A DNA stretch of 64,000 nucleotides from Octopus vulgaris (lineage: Eukaryota), in assembly GCA_951406725.2 (NCBI GenBank), contig OX597818.1:115320001-115384000 (forward strand). Direction: 5' to 3'. Under the pieces are notes generated by a model. It did no database searches, was not told the DNA's origin, and worked only from the letters and a program-made list of their open reading frames with translations. Below, piece by piece: positions 36,475-48,100 of the stretch (the first letter of the stretch is position 1; each line of letters starts with the position of its first letter). The position numbers were made by a program, and so were the translations under genes.

Positions 36475-38383
36475 CCGGTAATCAAAAACATCAAACAGAA
36501 CCCAAAAGTGTTCTATTCTTATGCAAATAAGCATAGAACCACTGTCTCACCCATTGGGCCATTGATTGATGATAACGGCATTCCCCAACACGATGCTAAA
36601 GAAATGGCAGAAATACTGCAGAAACAATACTGCTCTGTCTTTAGTGTTCCCACTGATATTGACGTAAGAGAAGCGAACCAAGTTGACTTCCAACATAAAA
36701 TCTCAGACATAACCTTCACTGCCACTGACATCATAGCAGCAATAAATGAGGTCAAATACTACTCTGCTGTAGGCCCTGATAGATTCCCCGCTAGTCTCCT
36801 GAAGGAATGTAGACACCAACTTGTAGTCCCTCTGACCAACCTCTGGAGAAATTCGTTAGACGCAGGTTATATACCGAAACAGTTTCTATCCCAGTCAGTC
36901 ATCCCGGTTTTCAAACAGGGAAACAGATCCCTCGCATTCAACTATCGCCCAATCTTACTCACCTCCCACATCATTAAAGTGTTTGAAAGAGTGTTAAGAT
37001 CAAGGATAGCTGACTTCCTGGAGACCCACAATCTCCTAAATGCAAATCAGCATGGCTTTCACTGTGGCAGGGACTGTCTAACACAGTTCTTACACCACAT
37101 TGAAGATGTACTCAAAGCCTTGGGAACAGGTTCGAACTCTGATGTCATATATCTTGACTTCAGTAAAGCGTTCGACAGGGTAGACCATAATATCCTACTC
37201 TCAAAATTGGCAAATGTTGGAATCCGTGGAAAAGTTCTACACTGGATTAAGTATTTCCTGGCGAATAGAACACAACATGTTGTAGTTGATGGAGTCCACT
37301 CAAGCCCAGCAAAAGTCACCAGCGGTGTTCCCCAAGGGACTGTCTTGGGTCCGCTACTCTTCATAATTTACATAAACGACCTTTCCAGTGTCGTACATTA
37401 CTGCTGATGACACTAAGCTCCAGCAAATCGTCAATGAAGAAGCAGACCGAACTCAACTCCAGTCTGATCTATATGCTGTGAGTCAATGGGCAGACAGAAA
37501 CAAAATGCAACTGAACGAGGGAAAATTTGAGCTGATGCATTTTGGAAGAAATTCCTCACTAAAACAGCCATACTCTCTTCCTTCAGGGAAACCGCTCACA
37601 GCCTCTAACAATATCAGAGACCTGGGTGTAATTGTTGATGACGATCTCAGTTGGAGTGCACACATCAACAAGAAGGTCGATATAGCTCGTAGGATGAGTT
37701 CCTGGATCTTAAGAACTTTCCGGTCCAGAGAACAAGGTGTCATCATACCACTTTTCTCCTCCTTTGTACGGCCACACCTCGAATACTGCTGCCCACTGTG
37801 GTCTCCCCATACAAGACAAAACATCTCGAGGATTGAATCACCCCAGAGGGCCTCACTAAACGAATTGAAGGCATGGCTGCTCTCGATTATTGGGACCGCC
37901 TTAAAGCCTTGAAACTCTACTCTCTCCAGCGTCGCCGTGAGCGGTACATCATTTGTACGATGTGGAGAATATACCGCCAACTTTGCCCAAACGACCTGAA
38001 CATTAGCTTCAAGGTTCATCCAAGACTGGGACCACGGGCCATACGTCCCCTGCCCAATTCAAGATCACAGCATACATGTACACTGCAACATAATTTCTTT
38101 TCCTCAACAGACCCTGCCCTATTTAACATTGTCCCGAAAGAGATCAAATAGGAAAAGGATCCCATCAATTTTAAACGGAGTCTGGATAGATTCCTTCAAG
38201 GAATACCAGATAAGCTACCCATAATTGGATACGACTCACCCAACAAAAACTTACTACTTGAATGGACCATAAACAAAACTTGACTTAAACAGGATTCAAA
38301 TAATCCTATCAGGTGGTGCTATTAAGTTAGACATAGCCTGGACCAATCATTGGTCGAAACATATCAAAGTTTATCTAAGTTTA
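36475..38383 (+). mobile_element. CR1/L2-group LINE, 5'-truncated, RT pseudogene
   Basis: ORFs 36508-37407, 37388-37912, 37873-38151 with NYRPILLTS, QHGF, YLDFSKAFDRVDH, SGVPQGTVLGPLLFIIYINDL, ADDTK (frameshifted), RPHLEYC; 3' hairpin GACCAATCATTGGTC and short repeated tail; flanked by (TA)n. Confidence 0.92.
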
Positions 38384-38388
38384 TATAC

Positions 38389-38533
<145 letters not shown>

Positions 38534-38540
38534 GTTTATG

Positions 38541-38599
38541 TAATATTTAAGGCGCCCATAAAGAACGCAAACAAGATATATATATATATATACATAAAC

Positions 38600-38687
<88 letters not shown>

Positions 38688-38748
38688 GTTTATGTATATA
38701 TATATATATATATCTTGTTTGCGTTCTTTATGGGCGCCTTAAATATTA
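38541..38748. repeat. (TA)n-centred palindrome of unique sequence
   Basis: TAATATTTAAGGCGCCCATAAAGAACGCAAACAAGAT...ATCTTGTTTGCGTTCTTTATGGGCGCCTTAAATATTA. Confidence 0.85.
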
Positions 38749-38824
38749 TATGAAGCCCCCCATTAACATTTTAATTTTTTTTTTTTATATATCTGTGTGG
38801 AGGCGGAGTGTTAACTATTTACTA

Positions 38825-39196
38825 GTTTCAGTCATTAGACTGCGGCCACGCTGGTGCACCGCCTTGAAGAATTATAGTAGAACGAATTGACCCCAGTACT
38901 AATTTATTGATTGATTTATTTATTTTGCTTTGTTTTGTAAGCCTGATACTTATTCTAAAGGTGTCTTTCGCCGAACCGCTAGGTTCCGGGGATGTAAACA
39001 CACCAACACAAGTTGGGGACAAACACAGACACATATGACAGGCTTCTTTCAGTTTCCGTCAACCAAATCCATTTACAAGACTTTGATCGGTCCGAGGCTA
39101 TAGTAGAAAACACTTGCCCAAGGTACCACGAAATGGGATTGAACCCGGGATGATGCAGTTGGGAAGCAAGATTCTTACCACCCAGCCACACCTGCA
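38825..39196 (-). mobile_element. SINE family A, diverged
   Basis: Homology to 23391-23826. Confidence 0.75.
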
Positions 39197-40209
39197 ACCT
39201 TTTACTTGTCTCATTTATCAGACTGAGACCATACTGGGGCACGGCCTCAAAGAATGTAAGATTCTTGTGCCAAACCATTAAGAGGAGGTAAACACACCAA
39301 TACGAACTGATTAGATTTTGGGATCGATTCGGTACCGGACAACGATTCTGAATTATGTCTCCTGTTTTTTTTCACTTAAGTTTCATTTTTAGTATTCCCG
39401 TTTGTGAAAGCAGTCGGGTTTATTTCAGATATTCTCATTTCAAAAATTGTCTCTGGCTAATCGTCAAGAGAACGTTGGTGTTGCCTTGGCGGAGGTTTGC
39501 GCTCTCTTATTGTTCTTGTTATTATTATTTCATGTAAGGACTTGGCAGTTAAAATTTTCTCTCTGGTAGGTCAAAGATAGTTTCAAGGGCCAACTTTGGC
39601 AGATTGCTGGTAATGACACACACACATATGCATGCATCCACATACATATTTACTTGCACAAGCACATCCTTACTCGCACACACACACACACACACACACG
39701 CTCACATACATACATAGGTTAACGACATATTGTATATACTGAATATGTGCGTGTGCCTCCATGCAAGTGTATCCGAATATACTCTTAAGTTGAAGAGATC
39801 GCTTCTTAACCGTTCAAGCGGAGTAATTTTTATTTTTTTCTTAGAAGCAATCTAACTCAGGCGCTCAGAAATTTCGAGTCGCTGCCCGGCGTACTGGAAG
39901 ACCACAGAGGAAGAGGCACCCCTGATCTTCTGTTAAAAATACATCTCTAAGAGAAAGTTCTTCTGAGCATAAAATCGAGCAACCAGAGAATAGAACTCCC
40001 ACATTCGTCAGCCCGCAGCCCATATTGGCACTACATATTTTACCTCACTTTGTGTTTGCTTCAGGTCAATATGGAAAAAAGGGTCAGTAAACTGTCCTGC
40101 AAGCCTTATTGAACCTAAAATTTTGCACATGCATTTCTTTGTCAGTAATGGTCAAACTATCACATATATGGCTGTATGGTAAGAAGTCTTTCAGTCGTTT
40201 CTGGAATAA

Positions 40210-40860
40210 CCCAAGTGTTAGGTTAACATGTCCATGCACTGGGTATTCCGTCACCAGAGACAAGCTATGAAAATTTTAGACAGGGAAAGAATTTACAGCT
40301 TATCCCAGTTGCAAAGAGATGATCTTCTTTGTGAAACTTCGCTGGATTGCTTCAAAGTTTGCTGTAAATTTTACACAGTGGGGTGACCATAGCTGGGAGC
40401 AACAATCAAGGCACTGAGAACGAATGTCCTCCAGAGGACCATCATGGGTTCCTTCTCTCTGTTACTGAACGTTCTCAGGATCCATCCAGCCAGCTGTCTG
40501 CACTTTGTCACCAACCTGGTAATGTGCACTTGGTAAGAGGCATCATCACTCATGTCGATACCCAGGTCCCACACTGATTTAGGGTCTGGGATTGTAATCC
40601 CCTGTGGGCCAGTGTACCCTGTAAGTTTTATATTAAGTTTTGGACGCTGGTAGCGCAGGGCTTGGAATTTTACAGCATTAAACTGCATATTATTGTTCTC
40701 AGCCCATCTGTAGATTGAGTCCAACTCCTGCTGCAGGTGTGCAACATCGCTGGGATTCTGGCTTTTCTGCAAGACTTTCGTATCATCTGCATAGCTTGCA
40801 AGGGTGGCGATCCGGGAAGCTAAGAGGGTCACTATGAAAAGCAGTGGTCCCAGGACACTA
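40210..40860 (-). mobile_element. CR1/L2-like LINE RT fragment
   Basis: VLGPLLF, ASYADDTKV, LDSIYRWAENNNMQFN, DLGIDMS, GWILRTF. Confidence 0.85.
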
Positions 40861-40939
40861 CCAATATTTATTTATATTTTATTCTTACCTTTTACGACTA
40901 TGTTTTTTCATTCCTTTCTCCTACCTTTATATATATATA

Positions 40940-41150
40940 CACGGCAGGGAGACTTGCGTACTCTTATGATCCCTAGAGCATGTGCTAGTGGGGGACGTGT
41001 TCCTCTGGTAGGTTTAACCTTGCTGGTTTGGTCGAAGAGGAGGAATCAGACTAAAGTATATACATCGGCTCTCCAGATTCGGGGGTTGTGCTATAGGCTA
41101 ATACCCTATACACGTAAAAATACACCTGTTACAGAAACCAACAACAGTTC
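40940..41150 (+). mobile_element. Possible isolated RTE-LINE 5'UTR
   Basis: CTCCAGATTCGGGGGTTGTGC...GGCTAATACCCTATACACGTAAAAA...TGTTACAGAAAC resembles RTE 5' leaders; no ORF follows; flanked by (TA)n. Confidence 0.35.
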
Positions 41151-41158
41151 ATTTAACA

Positions 41159-41210
<52 letters not shown>

Positions 41211-41430
41211 ATATGTTCGCTGCCATTCCCTGTATATCTGATTTTACGACAGGGTGATCTTCTCTTAGAGCAGTGTTTTAACGGCTCACAGTCAGTGATC
41301 TTCCACCACACTGGACACCAACCCGGAATCTCTAAGAACCCATGCTACTGAAAAATATCGTTCAAGCTACACCAGCTGTACTGGATTCCATGTTACCAGT
41401 AGAATCCACGAGATACCTCCTCACTAGTGA

Positions 41431-41652
41431 CATACATACATACATACATACATACATACATACATACATACATACAGCTATACATACATACATACAGCTA
41501 TACATACATACATACATACATACATACATACATACATACATACATACATACATACAGATATACATACATACATACATACATACATACATGCATACATACA
41601 TACATACATACATACATACATACATACATACATACATACATACATACATACA

Positions 41653-41682
<30 letters not shown>
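41431..41682. repeat. (CATA)n tetranucleotide microsatellite
   Basis: Direct reading. Confidence 0.95.
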
Positions 41683-41684
<2 letters not shown>

Positions 41685-41685
<1 letters not shown>

Positions 41686-42530
41686 CCCACTTCATAAGCT
41701 GTTGCCCGAAAATGTCATCGTGGCATTATCTACCGATAAGACATGACTTTGTAGCTAGGACACTGCATAATAAAATCCGTCGGAATGATAACCTCGAGGA
41801 CAAAGAAATAAGAAACCACAATATAGTAGAAGCCATAGCCACTAATACTAAAAAGAAATACTGGTGGAATGTCCCAGTGAAAACCTCAATAAAATGTAAG
41901 CACAACAGACCTGATATAATGATTTGGGATAGAGAAGAGAAACTGTTCGCAGTTGTGGAAATTAGCTGCCCAGAAGATGTTAACATAAAGCTGAAGATTA
42001 GTGAAAAAGTGGACACCTATGCTGAACAATTGAGAAATCTGAGGTTACTCTATCCAGATTACAAGTTCAGGTTCATACCTGTAATTATTGAGACTCTGGG
42101 ATATGTAACACACTGCCTAAATACCAACCTTGAGAAATTAGGCTTCTCAAAACCTGAAAGCATAAAGCTAATTCGAAGACTACAGATCCAATCCATCACT
42201 GGAACTGTAAAAGTCTGTAAAACTTTTCAGAAGTTTATCATTTAAGTATATATAAATATGTCTAGATATGCAATTATATGCATGAGAATACCTACACAAA
42301 GCAAAGCATACAATTCTGCACATATACATACATATATATACCCACGCTTATCCCCCATTTTTTAGGAGGGGGTCACCACAACAACACACGCTAGGCATTC
42401 CGTTCATTTCATACAAACAAAAATACTCTGTTGTTGATGTTGAAATTCCAATGAAGGAGGTTTGGATCTAGATTAGAAACCGGCTCTTTATCGGCAAGAA
42501 ATCTTGAAATAAAACTGAACAATGACGTAC
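41685..42530 (+). mobile_element. RLE-type (R4/NeSL-like) LINE 3' fragment: restriction-like endonuclease domain plus 3'UTR
   Basis: HFISCCPKM...IRHDFVAR...WWNVPV...HNRPDIMIWD...VVEISCP...SEKVDTY...FIPVII; open to stop at 42245. Confidence 0.85.
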
Positions 42531-42548
42531 ATACCTACATGAATGCAT

Positions 42549-42602
<54 letters not shown>

Positions 42603-42779
42603 TCGCTGATTTTTCACAAACGTGAAAAAATATTTTTATGAGTGTTAAGAATTAAAACTGAACCGTCTAAGGGAAACAACTCCTATGTGAAAGACGATCG
42701 CTGGTTACGTTGTGGTAGTCGAAGTTAATTTCTTAACGGGACTGTTTACCCCCAGTAATGGAATTGGCGTAGACTATTC

Positions 42780-43150
42780 TTTTCTACTCTAGACACAAGG
42801 CTCACAATTTTGGGGGAGGGGGCCAGTCGGTTAGATCGTCCCCGTTATGCAACTGGTACTTAATTTATCGTCCACGAAAGGATAAAAGGCAAAGTCGACG
42901 CCGGCGGAATTTGAACTCAGAACATAAAGACAGACGAAATACCTATTTTTTTACTACACACAAGGGGCTACACACAGAGGGGACAAACGGATTAAGTCGA
43001 ATATATCGACCCCAGTGCGTAACTGGTACTTATTTAATCGACCCCAAAAGGATGAAAGGCAAAGTCGACCTCGGCGGAATTTGAATTTAGGACGTAACGG
43101 TAGACGAAATACCGCCCGGCGTGCTATCGAATCTGCCAGCTCACCGGCTT
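42780..43150 (-). mobile_element. SINE family B tandem copies
   Basis: Homology to 4644-4870. Confidence 0.75.
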
Positions 43151-43174
43151 ATTGGGGTAGACTATTAAGAAATT

Positions 43175-43488
43175 GTGGAGGCGTAATGGCCCAGTGGTTA
43201 GGGCAGCGGACTCGCGGTCGTAGGATCGCGGTTTCGATTCCCAGACCGGGTGCTGTGATTGTTTATTCAGCGAAAACACCTAAAAGCTCCACTAGGTTCC
43301 GGCAGGGGTGGGGGGGGTCGATCCCTGCTGTACTCTTTCGCCACAACTTTCTCTCACTCTTTCTTCTGTTGGCCTGATCGCTTAGTCAGCGGGGTGGCGT
43401 CATTTGAAGGCTAAAACAATGCGAAGCGCATTGTGACCAGCGACGTGTAACAACATCTGATAGCTTGGTCGGTCACGTGATCACGTGA
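43175..43488 (+). mobile_element. tRNA(Arg)-like SINE with RTE-derived 3' tail
   Basis: A box TGGCCCAGTGG, TCG anticodon-like loop, B box GTTTCGATTCC; tail TGTGACCAGCG...TGGTCGGTCACGTGATCACGTGA; second copy on - strand at 52683-52958. Confidence 0.8.
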
Positions 43489-43589
43489 TTAAGAAAGTAA
43501 GATGACCAGCGTACAATCTTTTTTCGCATACGAGTCATCTCCCTTACACTGTTCAATTTCCATTCTTCAATGTCGCAATGATTCCCTGG

Positions 43590-44256
43590 CTGGTAACTCA
43601 AACTAGCCGTGGACAAGCGCGTCTCCATGCATTCTGAGAGGAAAAACCATGCCTTTATATACTCCCTCAGCAACACCAACCTCAAGAAGTATTCTAGCAA
43701 ACGTGATCTGGGTATTATTGCAAACAGCAATCTGCGTTGGACATTGTTAAGAAGGCTGACGATGCCCTAGCATCGTTCAGTAAGACTTTTGTCTCCAGTT
43801 ATTTATTTAAAACTGTATAAAACTGTGGTACGTCCGCTCTTACAATTTGCATCACCAATCTGGAACCCCTCTCTTGCCCAGCATATAAATCTCCCCTTGA
43901 AACTGTTCAGAAACGTGCAACAAAACGAATACCCGCTGTCCGATATCTATCTTACACTGGCCATCTTGCTTCTCTGGGAATGGACGCATTGAAGCTCAGA
44001 TGTCTGGTAACTGACTTGGTAGACCCCCACAAGATTATTCACCATCTTTCCAACAACCTTGGGCACCTTTTTGCATTCTATATGTCAAACACTCGGACAT
44101 GCTCACGAAAAAAAAAAAAGAAAAAAAAAGCACCTATGACTTTCGGAAACATTTTGCACGCTTAGAATTGTTGAAGCATTAGTCATTAGCTGTTCGAGAC
44201 ACTACATCCTTCAAAACTTCGATGCTTTCTGAAATCCGCCATCAGTACGCCCGATG

Positions 44257-44260
<4 letters not shown>
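43590..44260 (+). mobile_element. CR1-like LINE 3' fragment
   Basis: RDLGII, LKLYKTVVRPLLQFASPIWNP; 3' part homologous to the minus-strand copies in TRMT10A intron 1. Confidence 0.75.
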
Positions 44261-44332
<72 letters not shown>

Positions 44333-44959
44333 ATCGATTTAATCCATTTGTCTGACCTCGTTCATCCCCTCTGTGGGTAGTAAAGAAATAGGTATTTCGT
44401 CTGTCGTTACGTTCTGAGTTCAAATTCCGCCGAAGTCGACTTTGCCTTTCATCCTTTCGGGGTCGATAAATTAAGTACCAATTACGCACTGGGGGCGATG
44501 TAATCGACTTAATCCCTTTGTCTGTCCTTGTTTGTCCCCTCTGTGTTTAGCCCCTTGTGGGCAGTAAGGAAATATATACCTCAATGAAGTCGGTTTTCTT
44601 TTTTAGTTTTCTCGTTAAATATAATTCTTAGAATGCTGATTTCAAACACTAGTACGAGGCTTCAGTTCTAGGTTTCAGATTTACATTAGAGATGAAGTCG
44701 ATTATACTAAGGCCAATATTTAACTGGTATTTTATTTTAGCAGAAGATAGCAACAGAAAGTTGAAAGCTGGCAAGAAATCAAATTGGAAATTCAAGGGAC
44801 GTAACTCACATCCACCACGTTTTCTACCAGCCTACAACCTTTATGTGGAGAGTAAAGTTAAATCCCCCACCTTTGCATGAAGGCTGTGTTATTGTCGAAG
44901 ACGAAAGCACGTGACAATTGTTCCACGCGGTGTTTGTAATTAACAAGTCGTGGAGAGAA

Positions 44960-45141
44960 ATGGACATGTCCTGCGAAGACAAGCAGACGGAAGAGGAGGA
45001 GGAGATGGGGGATTCTCCTGCAGAAGAAGAAGAAGAAGAAATTAAAAAAGATGAATCTCAGGAAATAAATGGTTTGTCGAAGAATCAACTTCGGAAATTA
45101 AAGAAACGTGAGAGATGGTTATTGGTAAAGAAAGAAAAACG
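44960..45141 (+). CDS. TRMT10A: TRMT10A exon 1 (coding part)
   Basis: ATG 44960; acidic N-terminus then [15 protein letters not shown]; donor CG|GTAAG. Confidence 0.88.
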
Positions 45142-48100
45142 GTAAGTTTTTGTCATTTAAGTCATATTAAGTCAGCCCCTTGGTCCAACAGAATTGTAAT
45201 AATAATAATAATGAAATTATTGTATACAGTGCTCAGGTGCACCACAACTTGTCAGAAAGTGCATATAAAGTACATGCAGTAATGTAGAAATGTCTGGAAA
45301 GTGAACATGCTTGTGTGTGTATGGAGGGGAGAAAATCAAGTGTAGTGTTGGCGAATCTCAGGAAACGTGGAAGTTTTGAAGGATGCAGTTCTCCGACAAC
45401 TAACAACCGATGCCGGCCTTTTTGTTCCACGCTTCAGCAACTCTCAGCGTGAAAAAATGTTTCCTGAAGTCATGGGAGCTGTGCTGTTTTCTTACTTTGT
45501 AAATATGTCCACGGGTGTTAGATGGGTGGAGTTTGTAATTAAATGTATTCTATTTGTCATATACCCGTCCTTTTTTCTTTTTAATGTGTCTTCTACCTCA
45601 ATACTCAATGTGTTCTTCCTTTGCTTAAAATAATATATAATGAAATTATCGTATACAGTGCTCAGGTGCCCCACAACTTGTCGAAAGTGCGTATAAAGCA
45701 TATGCAGTAATGTACAAATGCCTGGGAAGTGAACAGTGTACGAGTCAGGTAGATGCTTGCGTGTGTATGGAGGGGGAGAAAATCAGGTGTAGTGTTGGCC
45801 TCAGGAAGCATGGAAGTTTTGAAGGATGCAGTACTCCGACAACTAACAACTGATGCCGGCAGTTTGTTCCATGCTTCAGCAACTCTTTGCGTGAAAAAAT
45901 GTTTCCGAAAGTCATGGGAGCTGACTTTGTAAACATGTCCACGGGTTCAACCCTTGTCCAGCAGAAATGTAATTAAATGAATTCTATTTGTGATATACCC
46001 GTTCTTTTTTTTTTTTTTTTCTTTTAAAGGTGTCTTGGGCTTCAATACTCAATGTGTTTTTCCTTTGCTTAAAATATTTGTGATTTGAAAGTTATTTACT
46101 ATTTCTATCACGTTAGGTCTCCCTTATTTGCTCATCGGGAGAAGTGTTATTTTCTGTCGTACTTAATACAGCTGCTATCCCCCAACTATTTTGTAATTCG
46201 TAATTTTTATGTCCCTCAAACGTTATTGTAATTATTATCTGCAGTTTTTGTAATTCTTCCTTGTAATGTCACCGTCATCTGTTGCTCACCGGCATTTCGT
46301 CCGACATCTGGTTCCACCCAGGTCGACTTTGCTTTTCATCTTTTTGGGGTCGATGTAGTTGACTGACCCTTCCAAATATACCACTTTCGAAATCACGAGC
46401 AAAAATACTATTGTACCAATCTGATATTTAGAAGTCCTTAATTGTTAAACTGCTTACCTAAAAAAAAAATCAAAAATATAAAAAGGACTTCTGCTGAAAC
46501 TTGCAAAAAAAAAAATTGTTATAGGCGTAGGATTGGCTGTGTGGTAAGTAGCTTGCTTACGAACCACATGGTTCCAGGTTCAGTTCCACTGCGTGGCACC
46601 TTGGGCAAGTGTCTTCTACTAAGCCTCGGGCCGACCAAAAAGATTTGGTAGATGGAAACTGAAAGAAGTCTGTCGTATATATGTATATATATATGTGTCT
46701 GTGTTTGTCCCCCCAACATCGCTTGACAACCGATGCTGGTGTGTTTACTTCCCAGTAACTTAGCGGTTCGACAAAAGAGACCAATAGAATAAGTACTAGG
46801 CTTCCAAAGAATAAGTCCTGGGGTCGATTTGCTCAACTAAAGGTGGTGCTCCAGCATTGTCACAGTCAAATGACTGAAACAAGTAAAAGAGAGAGATTCT
46901 GCCATGGTTGACTTTGCCTTTCATCCTTTCAGGGTCGATAAATTAAGTACCAGTGAGACACTGGGGTTGATGTAATCAACTAGTCCCTTCTCCAAAAATT
47001 TCAGGCCTTGTGCTTAAAGTAGAAAGGATTATTATTATTCTTTTTTATGAAATCAATAAACCACTGGTTGCCTTGTAGTGAATACTCATGTCCAGTTTAT
47101 ATTGACTTTGCCTTTCATCTAACCAAGATCAATAAAATATCAGTGCATGCTTATTCCTCTGTGTGTATGTGTTTGTGCTTGTTCCTTGTCGCATTTTAAA
47201 CTTGAAGAAAATGGCTATTTTTTTCTTCAATGAACTCCATCTCACCGATGCAAGCATAGAAAAGCAGGCATTAACGCTACTGTATTTATTTTGAGATGCT
47301 CTATGTTTCTTTCAATTACTTTAAATATAACAAAGAAATTAGTAAAATAACTTAATTATCATTGAGCTCGTTTTTAGGAACATAAATTGTGACTAAGGTT
47401 TGGTGGAAGATTTTAATTCAAAACTTATGAAAACAAGACATTTGTACTACAGAGCCAGAGCTGGTTTAAGCTGGGTTGGTAACAAAAGAGTTAAAAACGA
47501 TGGTAATGATTATATATCATGTTTAACATGCAACCTTAACAGAGGAATTTTAACAGCCTAACATTTATATAACTTTATGAAGAAATGCAGACCCCACTGA
47601 TAGTATGCTTGTCCTTTATGGAAGTTGAGCATAAAATTACTTGAAGTCAACTCAGCTATTGAGAATTATATTAAAATGCAGATTCTCGTTGCTGTTTTTG
47701 AAAGTAAGTTACAAATGTCAGTTATGCTACACAGAGATAGACATTTACTTCCAGCTTAGCTTGGGAAATGTTTTTTAATTTGACTGCAAAATTGAGAATA
47801 GCATAGTAGTTGAAGAAAAAAATTTTTTAATGGAATCTTTGGCCAGATATGGAATTTATTTTCGCTAGAATATGTGTACAGATGTGTGTATGTGGGTGTG
47901 TTATTGTTGTTCTCATTTGAGAAGACAAGCAAGCAGCACATTCCAGTTTGTCATTCAATACAAATACAATAAAACTGTATCTAAAGATGAATGAACACAA
48001 ACAATAAAGCAGAAATAGCAATTAATATGGTCGTTTGATCTTCTAGAATTAATTGCTGAATCTTCATGAAATCATCATCATCATTGCTGGACGGTTTGAC

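Noticed and set aside
36508-38151. Possible active reverse transcriptase gene
   Set aside because: 5'-truncated (no endonuclease), frameshift/deletion at the catalytic YADD motif and a second frameshift near 37860
42448-42486. CCAATGAAGG...TAGAAACCGG hammerhead-like spacing in a LINE 3'UTR
   Set aside because: Core is CAAUGA rather than CUGANGA, and stems I/II cannot be paired convincingly
43175-43250. tRNA-like sequence with A/B boxes and TCG loop
   Set aside because: No acceptor stem; continues into SINE body and LINE-like tail. It is a SINE head, not a tRNA gene (same for the other SINE heads)
44900-44959. CACGTG E-box and CpG-richer patch before the TRMT10A ATG
   Set aside because: Plausible promoter/5'UTR, but a 6-mer match alone is not evidence and the TSS is unknown
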